Positions 27,512 to 40,742 of a stretch of DNA of 64,000 nucleotides are shown piece after piece. The DNA comes from Octopus vulgaris. Its lineage: Eukaryota. Where the stretch lies: the NCBI GenBank assembly GCA_951406725.2, contig OX597824.1, forward strand, positions 24,428,001 to 24,492,000, written 5' to 3'. The notes under the pieces were generated by a model. The model made no database searches. It was not told where the DNA came from and was given only the letters and a program-made list of their open reading frames with translations. The first letter of the stretch is position 1. Every line of letters begins with the position of its first letter. The position numbers were made by a program, and so were the translations under genes.

Positions 27512-27514
<3 letters not shown>
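27080..27514. mobile_element. Penelope-like pLTR-derived element with nested inverted repeats in (TA)n
   Basis: IR 27080-27150 / 27380-27467 and a second IR 27354-27381 / 27487-27514, with an internal hammerhead. Confidence 0.75.
27213..27257 (-). ncRNA. Minimal type I hammerhead ribozyme (C3U variant)
   Basis: CGTACG-TTGACGA-GAGG-CAAATA-CCTC-GAAAC-TATA-GTC-CGTACG: stems I, II and III, a GUC triplet and a palindromic loop III. Confidence 0.75.
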
Positions 27515-27555
<41 letters not shown>

Positions 27556-28218
27556 TAAGCAAATATATTCGCAAACACCGACATTAGTCAATAGAACAGG
27601 AATTCATTTTGAATAAATCTTGGCTTCTTATTAACAAGTTTGTTTTGCTATTATATAAAATCTGTTCTGTCTGTCTGTGTGTGTGTCTTCTAGGATCTCG
27701 GGCATCCTCCATCCGATTGCGCTCAAATTTGATATGTAGATACCGACGGTATCAGGGCGTGTATAAGTCTTGGAAAAATTACAAGAATCGATTCCAGGTG
27801 AGAATGCGATCGATAAAGCTATGGGAACGTGCATTTGTAATATCGTTTTTCTTGGAATAAAAAAAAAAAGTTTATCTTTATTTCTTCTTTTGCTGGTGTC
27901 TCAAATTTAGGTTTAATCAGTGTTTCTCAAAGGGGAGGCCTATGGGACGGTCGGACAAGTTGTTTTGAGAATATTTGGTTTAAATGTTTGACAACTCAGC
28001 ACCGTCTATTGGACGGGGGGCGTTTTGCTCGTATATATAATATGAAGGATACGGAAAAATAAGAAGTACTTCTGCACGTGACTAGCTGATAATAACCTTT
28101 GTTCTGCGCAGTACAACGTATAGATGAATGTATGAGGCATTTCTTAAGTTTTGGTTTATTGGCTACCAATCAAATCCCTATGTATAGCTAATTAACTTTC
28201 AACGCAAATTATTAAAGA

Positions 28219-28599
28219 CTAGCAGTATCGCCCGGCGTTGCTCAGGTTTGTAAGGGAAATAACTATAAAGCATTTTTAGAGAGTTATAGCCAAAAAATAG
28301 CAAAAAGATGGAAAAAAATGATGGTGAATTTTTTTTTAGTTAAAAAAGGTGGAGTTGCGTACCCTAGACAGTTTGCGGTTTGTGTTTCTGATTCTCGACC
28401 CCATGTCGAATTTATCGATTTTTTTCAGAACTGGGGGAACTTTTCAAAATTTTCGCTGCGTTAGTTTTGAATTATGACATTGGGCTATGTGCGTGTCAAG
28501 TTTCATCAGAATCGGTTGAAAGCCGTGGTCAGGGTGAGGGTACGAGAAAACAGACACACAGAAAACGCACAGACAAACTGCCGTTTATATAGAGAGAGA
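28219..28599 (-). mobile_element. Non-autonomous Helitron-like element
   Basis: Reverse-complement copy of 4292-4663. Confidence 0.8.
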
Positions 28600-28774
28600 T
28601 TGTGCTTTTCCACATTGCTTGAATAACTGAAATGACATGTTTTACCCTCTAAACTTATACATGCACACCATATTATGCATTATGTAATATATTTCCTATT
28701 TCAAATTCAAACATTCACCTATCTTGATATACACTAGTACATACATACATACATTTCCAGATGTATGTGTATAC

Positions 28775-29178
28775 TTTTACTCTTTACTCTTTTACTCTTT
28801 TACTCTTTTACTTGTTTCAGTCATTTGACTGCGGCCATGCTGGAGCACCGCCTTTAATCGAGCAACTCGACCCCGGGACTTATTCTTTTGTAAGCCCAGT
28901 ACTTATTCTATTGGTCGCTTTTGCCGAACCGCTAAGTTACGGGGCGTAAACATACCAGCATCGGTTGTCAAGCGATGTTGGGGGGACAAACACAGACACA
29001 CAAACGTATAAACACACATACATATATATACATATATACAACGGACTTCTTTCAGTTTCCGTTTACTAAATCCACTCACAAGGCTTTGGTCGGCCCGAGT
29101 CCACAGTAGAAGAAACTTGCCCAAGGTGCCACGCAGTGGGACTGATCCCGGAACCATGTGGTTCGTAAGCAAGCTACT
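28775..29178 (-). mobile_element. SINE family A
   Basis: Near full-length copy. Confidence 0.9.
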
Positions 29179-29724
29179 TTATTTCATTAAGATTTGCCAT
29201 AAAGGCATTACAAAGAGTAGCTTGCGGGCTGGACATATACATTGATGAGGTGAATTATGAAACAAGGATAATATTGATGGGAGAAGGCAAAAAACGCCCG
29301 CCGATTTTCTGCTTCTCCAAAACATTGTTTTTTTTTTCCAACAGAATAAACAAAACGAGGTATTGAACCTCTTACGACAGTTTTTACAATTATTGGACTT
29401 ATTAGTCAATTACAAATAATTACATGCAATAACATACAATAAAATTTTCAGTATACAATCAACACTAGTCCATTTACAAATGAGGCGCTGAGCCTTTTAC
29501 GTATTATAACACTGAGGCTTCTGCTAAAGTATATATATATATATCTTGTCTTTTCCTTCAATCAACAGACGGCGGCCATAATGGGACAGCACTTTGAAAA
29601 TTCGTTAGTCGAAGGAATCGACCCAGTGCTTAATTTTTTGAAGTCTACTACTTATTCCATATGCATATACATATACATATGAACACACACATACACACAC
29701 ACATATGTATACACACACACACAC

Positions 29725-29779
<55 letters not shown>

Positions 29780-29803
29780 AATATAGATATATACATATAT
29801 ATA

Positions 29804-29855
<52 letters not shown>

Positions 29856-29868
29856 ACACACACTCATG

Positions 29869-29899
<31 letters not shown>

Positions 29900-30482
29900 G
29901 TATGCACAGCTACGCGCGCGCGCCACGCAAACATAATCTCTTTGACCGTGACTATCAAAACCCTGGCTAAGATAAAGGAACAATTAGACTTAAATGGAAA
30001 AAGAAGCTGAAAGGATCCAGCTCTCTTATCTTTAAAAAAGGTGCTTTCCAAATAGGGCTGGAATCTCTTGAGTATGTTCGCGTGCCATGACCGGTCGTAG
30101 GAAGATACACAGCCTCTAAGACATATTCCATATGGTGGAGATTTTGAATTGAGATAAGCCCGAGACCGGTTGGTTGGCGATGGGGAATGAAGAATTCTGA
30201 TTTATTCTTTTTTGTTATTGTTGTTATTCTGCCACTGCAAACCTTTAGAATCGCTTGAACCCGAAAAAAATGTTTAGCGGCATTTTTTCCGGCTTTATGT
30301 TCTGACTTGAATTGCTACCGAGACCGACTTTGCCTTCCGTCTTATCGAGGTCACTGGGGTCGATGTTATCGACTTACCGCCCGCTTTGCTGAACTTGCTG
30401 GCCTTGTACCAAAATTTAAAACCATTATTATCATTGCTATCCAGTATCTCTTATTTTTTTCCCGTGATTTCAGTACACTACC

Positions 30483-30713
30483 TATTTCTATACTCCCCAC
30501 AAGGGGCTAAACACAGAGAGGACAAGCAAGGACAGACAAACGAATTAAGTCGATTATATCGATCCCAGTGCGTAACTGGGATCGATATAATCGACCCCGA
30601 AAGGATGAAAGGCAAAGTCGACCTCGGCGGAATTTGAACTCAGAACGTAGCGGCAGGCGAAATACCGCTAGGCATTTCGCCCGGCGTGCTAACGTTTCTG
30701 CCAGCTCACTGCC
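30483..30713 (-). mobile_element. SINE family B with 15-bp TSD
   Basis: TSD TTTCAGTACACTACC at 30468-30482 and 30714-30728. Confidence 0.9.
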
Positions 30714-30774
30714 TTTCAGTACACTACCAAGCGCAGCTCTATGTGCCTTGGGTATGTGCTGTGGTATTATTATT

Positions 30775-31166
30775 AGCGAATATTTCAAAAAAAGATGGGT
30801 AAAGGTAGTAGCAAGGACGGCACGTATGAATGACGAATTCACCTTGAGCATAATCCTATGAACCCGGAAAAATATAAAACAGAGAGTAAGTTACTTGCAA
30901 ATAAATGTGTTAACATGTGACATTATTGACCGAGGTTACCGTGTTCTTTTCCTTTGGCTTTTCTTTCCACGGATAAATCTTATCTGTTTCCCCCTTTACA
31001 CTTTACATCATGACATTTCTGTGATACACGATCCCTATTGAACCTTTTTGTTTACGATCCCTTTTGATCAAAAACCTACACCCCACTTTTTTTCCTCCCC
31101 CAAAAGAAAAGCTCTACCTTGTAATTTGTCCCCTCTGTGTTCAGCCCTGTGTGGCTAATAAAGAAA
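30775..31166 (+). mobile_element. 3' end of a Tx1/L1-like LINE
   Basis: SEYFKKRWVKVVARTARMNDEFTLSIIL* (L1-type F..RW terminus). The 3' UTR ends TTTGTCCCCTCTGTGTTCAGCCCTGTGTGGCTAATAAAGAAA. Confidence 0.6.
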
Positions 31167-31168
31167 CA

Positions 31169-31182
31169 TATTATTATTATTA

Positions 31183-31246
<64 letters not shown>

Positions 31247-31278
31247 CATCATCATCATCATTATTATTATTATTATTA

Positions 31279-31351
<73 letters not shown>

Positions 31352-31352
31352 C

Positions 31353-31392
<40 letters not shown>

Positions 31393-31426
31393 CATCATTA
31401 TATCATTATTATTATTATTATTATTA

Positions 31427-31523
<97 letters not shown>

Positions 31524-31535
31524 CATTATTATTGC

Positions 31536-31579
<44 letters not shown>

Positions 31580-31616
31580 GTATTAGTATTATCATTATTA
31601 TTGCTATTATTATTAA

Positions 31617-31662
<46 letters not shown>

Positions 31663-31697
31663 GCTATTATTATTATTATTATTATCATTATTATTGC

Positions 31698-31782
<85 letters not shown>
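31169..31782. repeat. Long (TAT/AAT)n microsatellite array
   Basis: About 610 bp of trinucleotide repeat. Confidence 0.95.
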
Positions 31783-31783
<1 letters not shown>

Positions 31784-32601
31784 TATACCTGTTTAACCTT
31801 CCGTGTCGCTGGTGTGTGAGCATTGCGTGTTCTTTTCTGTTGTTGGAAGTGCACAATTCTTCCTGTTACTGTATTGCGTTAGTTTTTGTTTTTTTTCTCT
31901 CTCTCTCTCTTGAGGTGTGGTGCAATCTTTTATTGTTTTACTGCTTGAATTGCGTGTTGACCGTGTAATGCGTTCGTTATTAAGATTGCTGGTGGATGTT
32001 TATTTCACTGGATAATTGCTGCGTAGAGTGTGTCGTATGTTTGTGGGTTGTTTTGTTTAGGTTGTATTATGGAACAGATAGTGTCATGCGTAGGATGTGG
32101 GCTGTCCCTAGCATGGATATTTCTTGTATAGTGTGTAGTGTTGAGGATCCAGGTATAGCTTTTACGTCTTTGTTCATGTGTTTTTGTAGCATGCCTAAAG
32201 GGTAAAGGACCCCCTTCGGTCATGAATGACCATGGGATTGCACCTAGAAAGTTACCCTCCTAGTCACAAGTCCGGGCAAGGTTGTTTTTATGGAAGACCA
32301 GCAGTCGCCCATGCATACCAGCCTCCCCTCTCCACGCCACCAGTGTTGTCCAAGGGAAAGGCAAAGGGGCCGATACAGCTTGGCACCAATGACGTCGCAA
32401 CTCATTTCTACAGCTGAGTGAACTGGAGCAACGTGAAATAAAGTGCCTTGCTCAAAAACACAACACGCAGCCCGGTCCGGGATTCGAGCTCACAACCTCA
32501 CGATCGTAATCTCGACGCTCTAACCACTGAACCATGCGCCTTCACATGCCTAGCATGCCTAATGCCCCAATTATTACTGGTATTGTTTTCACCTTCTTGA
32601 A
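31783..32601 (-). pseudogene. R4/Dong-like RLE retrotransposon C-terminus and 3' UTR, split by SINE D
   Basis: KKVKTIPVIIGALGML | LGMLQKHMNKDVKAIPGSSTLHTIQEISMLGTAHILRMTLS. The 3' end runs into (TAA)n. Confidence 0.75.
32199..32545 (-). mobile_element. tRNA-derived SINE family D
   Basis: Head GTGAAGGCGCATGG.TCAGTGGTTAGAGCG...ACG...CTCGAATCCC; TSD TAGCATGCCTAA (32187-32198, 32551-32562). A second copy lies at 56345-56670. Confidence 0.9.
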
Positions 32602-32614
32602 TTATTTTTTTTTA

Positions 32615-33003
32615 ATGCGGCGTGCTGGCAGAAACGTTAGCACGCCGGGCGAAATGCCTAGCGGTATTTCGTCTACCGCTACGTTCTGAGTTCAAATTCC
32701 ACCGAGGTCGACTTTGCCTTTCATCCTTTCGGGGTCGATTAAATAAGTACCAGTTACGCACTGGAGTCGATATAATCGACTTAATCCGTTTGTCTTTGCA
32801 TGTTTGTCCTCTCTGTGTGTAGCCCCTTGTGGGTAGTAAAGAAATAGGTATTTTGTCCGTCACTACGTTTGAATTCAAATCCCGCCGAGGTCGAATTTGC
32901 ATTTCATTCTTTCAGGTCGATAAATTAGATACCAGTGGTACTCTGGGGTCGATGTAATCGACTAATCCCCAAAATGTCAGGACTTGTGCTTATAGGAGAA
33001 AGG
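32615..33003 (+). mobile_element. SINE B dimer (young copy joined to an older variant)
   Basis: Junction GAAATA|GGTATTTT at about 32846. Confidence 0.85.
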
Positions 33004-33005
33004 AC

Positions 33006-33269
33006 TGAGTGATTCTGTGAGAGCGGGCTGCAACCTGTAGTGAGAGGTCTGACAGGGTCTCTTTCCCAAAATTATAAGCTTTGGTTAACTTATCGTGGGA
33101 GACAGTTAACACCCAAGTATCAATCTAAACATCCTAGCTGTCCCCAAAAGAGCAGCTTTTAGGGCCTGCTCTGCCCTCATGGAAATTCCAATTTCTCCAA
33201 CATATTTCTCGAACCTGGTTGTTAGTGCTCCGAGAGCCCCTACAACTGCTGGTATAACAGTTACTTTCC

Positions 33270-33270
<1 letters not shown>
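33006..33270 (-). pseudogene. R4/Dong-like RLE C-terminal fragment
   Basis: RKVTVIPAVVGALGAL...KAALLGTARMFRLILGC*, lying in the (ATT)n tail of a SINE. Confidence 0.8.
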
Positions 33271-33335
<65 letters not shown>

Positions 33336-33548
33336 CATAAGAGTGGCGTGATGGTAGAATCGTTAGCGCTCTGGACGAAATGCTTAGCGGTATTTCACTC
33401 ATCGCTACGTTCTGAGGTTTGCCGAGGTCGACTTTGCCTTTCCTCCTTTCGGGGTCGATAAATTAAGTACCATTCAAGTACTGAAGTCCGATATAATCAA
33501 CTATTCCCCTCCTCACAAATTCCAGGCCTTATACCTATAGTAGAAAGG

Positions 33549-33619
<71 letters not shown>

Positions 33620-34481
33620 CCAAAATCGCTGCCCTTGTGGCAAAATTTGAAACCATTGTTATTATTAAGACTGTGAATTTTCACGCCGGGCGAAATACTC
33701 AACGACATTTCGTTCGTCTTTACGTTTCGAGTTCAAATTCTGCTCGAATTGTGCCTATCATCCTTTCGGGGTCGATAAAATAAGTACCAGTTGAGCACCA
33801 GGGGTCGATGTAATCGGCTTACCCTCTCCTCAGAAATTGCTGATCTTGTGCCAAAATTTGAAATATTGTTGTTGTTGTCGTCGTTGTTGTTGTTGTTACA
33901 GCTTATTTAATTATTTAATTTGTACTTCTCCTGCTCACGTGACATGTTCCACGTTGCTCTGTGGTTTATTTCATTTTACTTGAAGAATAGTCTTTGTTTT
34001 TCTTTTTTATTTCAATACTATGCAAGGGACTTTTGAATCTTTGTCACGTTACTTCAAAGTAGACAAAATGTCTGTCTTTTGCACATTAATTACGCTTTAA
34101 AAAATATTTTATAGACTAAATTTAAAAGATGTTTTTTTTTTCTTTGGCATAGTGGTGAAAATTAATAGCTGCAAATGCGGCAGCGTTGATCACTCGCCAA
34201 AGATAAACCTGTGAAAAAAAATATTAACACAGATTTGGAAAAGGACAACTAGAAAAAAAGTTTTAAAAAATTAACCGCACTAGACAAGCAGATACGACAA
34301 ATATTCTGATTTTAACAAATACATTAAAAAAAAAAGTGATATTACTCAATACCGGCAATTTTAGCAGCATAACTAGCCAAAAAGAGTCACTTAATATATA
34401 TCGTTTTGAGGGAAAGAAAGGGGCAAATGGTATGTCTGTTACGATGACTCATGTCTCTCTTTTTTAATTAAAAAAAAAAAA

Positions 34482-34683
34482 ACTCTCTTTTACTTGTTTC
34501 AGCCATTTGACTGCGGCCATGCTGGAGCACCGCCTTTAGTCGAGCAAATCGACCCCGGGACTTATTCTTTGTAAGCCCAGTACTTATTCTATCGATCTCT
34601 TTTGCCGAACCGCTAAGTTACGGGGATGTAAACACACCAGCATCGGTTGTCAAGCGATGTTGGGGGGACAAACACAGACACAC

Positions 34684-34723
<40 letters not shown>

Positions 34724-34885
34724 CATATATACGACGGGCTCCTTTCAGTTTCCGTCTACCAAATCCACTCACAAGGCATTGGTCGGCCCGGGGCTATAGT
34801 AGAAAACACTTGCCCAAGGTGCCACGCAGTGGGACTGAACCCGGAACCATGTGGTTGGTAAGAAAGCTACTTACCACACAGCCAC
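34482..34885 (-). mobile_element. SINE family A
   Basis: Near full-length copy. Confidence 0.9.
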
Positions 34886-34999
34886 TTGAAAAACAAAGTT
34901 GCATTGTACAAATGGAGAGGGCTTGCTTGTGCCCTCGAAACAAAAACTGAGGTAGATCTGGCTGATTTGTAGGGCAATAACTCCTGGAACCGATTGTAT

Positions 35000-35375
35000 A
35001 TTATAGAAAACGGAGAACGAGTCGAAAAAGCATACCAGGCTGAGGTATTACACTTCTATTCGGTGCCTCGTGTCACTATAAGTGGGGCGGCTAACATAAG
35101 GCTTTAACTCTTGGATCGTCGTCCCTTTTGTGATACAGTTCCACAATGCAGCAAGATCGCAAGTGACGAAGTAACCAGGAACGACATGTGTTTTGGAGGA
35201 ATGATCACAGATATGGAGATCCTAATGATCCTGAAGAGCCATTCCAGTGTTGTGCCCCCCCTCATGCATCGACGAAGAAGAATCATGAGACTAGTAATGT
35301 AGAACAGAAGACCATATTGCTGCATATGCGGAAGGAATGGACACCTGAGAGGTTCCTACTCAGAGGAGGCCGCTA
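35000..35375 (+). pseudogene. Possible LINE ORF1/gag remnant with a decayed zinc knuckle
   Basis: 35318-35359 encodes C-CI-C-GRNG-H-LRGS-Y (CX2CX4HX4C with the last Cys TGC changed to TAC). Confidence 0.4.
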
Positions 35376-35403
35376 GAAACAGCAACAGAAACAACGGTAA
35401 CAA

Positions 35404-35600
35404 CAGTGAAGGTGCAATGGCCCAGTGGTTAGGGCAGCAGACTCGCGATCGTAAGAACGCGGTTTCGATTCCCAGACCGCGCATTGTGAGTGTTTATTGA
35501 GCAAAAACACCAAAGCTCCCCGAGGCTCCGGGGGGGGGGGGGGAATGAACCCCGCTGTACTCTTTCACCACAACTTTCTCTCACTCTTTCTTCCTACTTC
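35404..35600 (+). mobile_element. SINE family C, 3'-truncated
   Basis: Head GCAATGGCCCAGTGGTTAGGGCAGC...GGTTTCGATTCCC. Another copy lies at 40080-40329(-). Confidence 0.85.
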
Positions 35601-37298
35601 TGTCACAAAGCAGAAGAACCATGATGTAACCCACTATGATGTGGTAAAACTTTCAGACTCTAGTCTAGATTGCGAATCCTCTGTAACCCAGGATGGTTCA
35701 GCTCTCCACCCGTTAAAAAACCACCGTTTACGGAATGAGGATAACAACGTAGCTTTCGCGCCCGTGCAACCGCCAGTCTATCGTGTGTGGTGGGTGGATC
35801 TTCAAGTTGTCACACGCATTCTTAGTAGCTTAGAGTAGGCTCGAATTAGAGATTATTCTTTGTGGCTATTGGCGTGAGTCCTGATTGGAAGAAGAAGAAG
35901 AAGAAGAAGAAGAAGAAGAAGAAGAAGAAGAAGAAGAAGAAGAAGAAGAAGAAGAAGAAGAAGAAGAAGACAGCAACAACAAGTATGATATTATCATCAT
36001 ACCCACATCATCATCATCATCATCATCAAAAACAACAACAACTGACCTGGAATCCAAAGGCCCCCACCTCTTTCCCACTTGTACCAAGTATCACAAGCTG
36101 TCCCTGGAAGCCGAACAAAAAGGAAAATAAAAATGGAATCAGGACAATAAAAGAAGGAACTCAAGCAAGAAGCATGAAAGATGCAAGAGGGTTTTGATTT
36201 TCATACTTCCGGGATCGATAAAAATAAAGTGTCATTCAACGGCTTACTTACACTAGACTCTGACATGAGCCCTTGGCCTCATAATACCGGATCTCAACCT
36301 GGCATAAAAGTGACTAAGGTTTCTACACAGCCCCCTCCGAAGAGGACGTCGGCCCACCGCAGTGTAAAATACCCAGTTATGTCTGTGAATCATTTTTGAC
36401 TGCTGAGTGGACTAACGCAACGTGAAATGAGATGTTTTTTTGTTCCCGAACACAACGAACCGCCCGACCCGGGATTCGAAACTACGATCTCATGATTGCC
36501 CCTGCAACACCTTAACCAATAAGCCACACGACTTCACTATTCAGCTACTACGGTATATCTAATTGTCTACATCTGTTTTCTTTAAAATTTGTAACATTGT
36601 GTTTGTAAGAAATTGTTATACAACCCAAATTTTGTGCATTTATATTTGTTTCAAATTTTAGCACATAGCCAGCAGGTTTCGGGGTGGGGGGAATCGATTA
36701 TATCGACTCCAGTGTATAACTGGTACTTATCAAATCCGAACGGATGAAAGGCAAAATCGATCTCGGCGGACTTTTTAAAACTTAGAGCCCGAAGACGGAT
36801 GAAATGTCGCTAAGCATTTTACCTGGCATGCAAACGATCCTGCCTGCTCGCCGCCTTCTTTTCTGCGTTTATATTTCCCATGTGATTGATATAGTCATAA
36901 TAGTAGGAATCGACTTCCAGAGATCGATAAAATAAAATATCTATCATGTAGAGCTGTCTATAAAATCAACCAATACTGTCAGCAAACACCCTAAGAACAC
37001 TCTTCCTTAAATTTGCATCCTTGTATCTAATTTGGAAAGTATCAAGGACGTTGCAGCCGAAAAATCATGATGGCGTCTGGAGAATACCAGAGATATTTAC
37101 TCCAGCTCTTTACGTTCTGAGTTCGAATCGTACCGAAGTCATCTATGGTTTTCCCGGATCGCTCACATGTCGATTTGTTAACGTACGTATCACATACATA
37201 AGTCGATTTGATCCTTTAATTCTTCTAACCAAATGTTTTGCCTTGTGCTTATGTGAAAATCATCATCATCGTTGTTATCATCATCATCATCATCATCA

Positions 37299-37341
<43 letters not shown>

Positions 37342-37342
<1 letters not shown>

Positions 37343-37850
37343 GAGTGAGAGAGAGAGCAGTACATGCCATCAAAGTGACACTGGGGTAAAATATACGAAG
37401 CCCAGTATACCCATCATGACTACTCGTCTGATAAGGGTACATCAGGCACATGCATCACAACCATATGTGCGCGACCTGGTGATCTCATAACAAGATAAAC
37501 AGCGCATGACCTTGCGGGTGGGGCCCAGTTGGAATTTTCTTCTGGTCGGGTAACCCATCCCAATCAAAAGGTCCCTGATTAAGGGCTGTTTAAGGATGTT
37601 GAATGAAACACCCATGTTTCCAGAGGTGAATTATTCAAACTCCAGAGAATTCCTCTCAACACATGGCAATGATGCTCCCCCACTACTTCTGCTCGTGATC
37701 AGAGATGCACATATCGTCAGCTACTAAGGAACATACTCAACTTGTTATGGTCAAACAACGGAAAAGCAAATCTGTGGCATTGAGCAGAATATTTGCTGTA
37801 GCCCATCTTTTATACCAAGGCAAAACAATGTACATGATAACACTTCCAAT
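37342..37850 (-). mobile_element. Non-coding retroposon (family E) embedded in (TAA)n
   Basis: Close match to 50030-50320(+). The copies share the end CTCTCTCACTC|AATAAT and vary at the other end. Confidence 0.8.
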
Positions 37851-37915
<65 letters not shown>

Positions 37916-38136
37916 CATCATCATCATCATCAAGGCACCGAGCTGGCAGAATCGTTGAGCGCCATTTCGTCCGTCTTCAGATTCTGACTTTAAATTCCGC
38001 CGAAATTGGCTTTGCCTTTCATCCTTTCAGAGTCGAAAAAATAAGTACCAGTCGAGTACTGGAGTCGCAGTAATCGACTTACCCCTCCCCCGAAATTGCT
38101 GGCCTTGTGCCAAAATTCTTATTATAATTATTATTA

Positions 38137-38213
<77 letters not shown>

Positions 38214-38245
38214 TGTTTTTTTTATATCGTACTTTCACTTCTATT

Positions 38246-38329
<84 letters not shown>

Positions 38330-38773
38330 TCATTTTTGTTTTGCGTTTGGTGGTTTGTTTGTTTGTTGTTGTTTGTTTGTTTGTTTGTTTTTAGGTGGTG
38401 TTTATTTAAATATTTACATTCTTTCATTTTCTTTTTGCTTATTCACTTATATCTCTATATATTTTACCGAGGAACAAAAAAAAAAAAGCTTTCAAGAAAT
38501 TTCGAGAATATTGTCGAAAAGTGCAGTTGCTTTCTGTCAAAGAGATAAGAAGAAAAAAAAATAGAGAGAAAGGAAGATGTAAGATAAAACAGGGGATGTG
38601 AAGGATGGGTGGTGGGGGAATGTGATGAAAGCACGAATGATGTTGCAAATAGCTCACAGACAATTTAGAAAAGATAAATGTAAAAACCTGCTATATGGGT
38701 AAGTTTATCGTTCGCTTCTTTTAAGTCTTAATGAGGTTTGTGTAAATGGGCTGCTATATATACGGTACGTACT

Positions 38774-38858
<85 letters not shown>

Positions 38859-38871
38859 TGCGTGTGCGTGC

Positions 38872-38940
<69 letters not shown>

Positions 38941-39158
38941 CTGCAGTTTTGGTACTGGTGCATCGGATGAGAAAATATGCGGTGATTAATATATGGCGGT
39001 AGTGTATAAGAATTGAGTGCGATTACACGATATAGTGCAGACAAGTTAAAATGAAGAAAAGTGCAAACATCCTCATCATCATCCTCATCCTCATCATCAT
39101 CATCCATCATCATCATCATCATCATCATCATCGTCATCATCATCATCATCACCATCAC

Positions 39159-39199
<41 letters not shown>

Positions 39200-39273
39200 C
39201 CATCATCATCAATCATCATCATCATCATCATCATCACCACCACCATCATCATCATCATCATCATCATCACCAC

Positions 39274-39342
<69 letters not shown>

Positions 39343-39344
39343 AG

Positions 39345-39900
39345 TATTGCTTTCTAGTACTAAGGAGTGAACTTATTTCTGACTGAATCTATGTGGATAG
39401 CAGGTTACTCCCTATAAACCTCAGATACCCACATGGTTTTCAATCAGCCACCAAGTACTTAAAAATCCTTGTAATGATCTTCACTTGTCCATAAGTGGCA
39501 AACTTTCTGTAGAAGCTCTAGAGGACATTCCATTCTAATCCCCTCTATGTGTTCGTCTAGGTCACCACTCACATTCCCAAACGCATCAATTATCCCATTT
39601 ACAATCTTTAGAGATTTTATGTTCCAAATCCTCACAACCTCAAATCTTAAGAGATTGTAGTTTTTCAATTTGCCATCTACTTTTTCTCAATCCTACTATC
39701 AAACGGACATATGAATCAATCAGTTTATAAATTCGGTTTTCCTTGACTATTACTGTAATAGCTGGCTTGCTATGTTCCATTTTCTTATCCGTTTGAATGA
39801 GATGATCCCACAAAATCTTGCACCTTTCCTTCTAAAGTACCCGTTCCACCCGATGACTATACTATGTACTTCCTGCTTCACACCTCGATTTTAGGCAAAG
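39345..39900 (-). pseudogene. R4/NeSL-like RLE domain remnant
   Basis: CKILWD..IQTD....HSKPAITVIVKENR...LID..CPFD...K...Y..L.FEV.RIW...LLQKV, a decayed PD-(D/E)xK region. It ends at an (ATG)n array. Confidence 0.7.
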
Positions 39901-40742
39901 ATCAAATTATGAAGCTGTAAGACTTACACAATTTCACCATTTCTCATATTTTCTCTGGAAAATCTTGGAACAATCTACAATAATGTGTGCCACTATTTCA
40001 TCCCAAATTCCATACAGTTCAAATTTTTTTTCTCCCCCTTTTCAAGCCTAGCCAGTTTTCCCGGTTTTTGTGGCGTATGTGTCCTCCCCCCTACCAGCTG
40101 GACGGGACGCCAGTTCATCGCAGAGTTATTCAAGAAACAGGAAGAAAGAGTGAGAGAAATTCGGGGCGAAAGAGTACAACAGGTGTCGCCACCACCCCCT
40201 GCCGGAGCCTCGTGGAGCTTTAGGTGTTTTCGCTAAATAAACACACACAACGCCCGGTCTGGGAATCGAAACCACGATCCTCCGACCGCGAGTCCGCTTC
40301 CCTAACCACTGGGCCATTGCGCCTCCACAGTTCAAATATTGGAATATTATAAACTATTTTGTTGTGAGGAAGAAGTGAAGTTTCGGATAGAAACCATCAT
40401 CGGAATGGGAGGAAATGTTTATCAAACTGACCGAGTTATGTATTTACTCGTGCACAACTCGCACTCGTGTATAAGACGCACCCCTAATTTAGCATTAAAT
40501 TTTGGTACAAAAAATTTTTCCTTCATAGTTTTAGCTTTGCCAAATGTGCAAGTGACACCACAGACTTTTTGTTTTGTTTTGTTTTCAGTTAAAATCAATT
40601 ATAAAATATTGTGATTTATACACAAGAAATTACGTTAAACAAATAAAACGGAATAAACAGCAGTTCGAAAGTAAATTATCAATGGGTGGATACGTAAATT
40701 GTGAAGTATAATTTTTAACTGCGCGTCAGTGCCTGAGGCAAG

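Noticed and set aside
29940-30200. Complex sequence that might be an exon or LINE fragment
   Set aside because: Stops in the plausible frames and no motif I could recognise; left unclassified.
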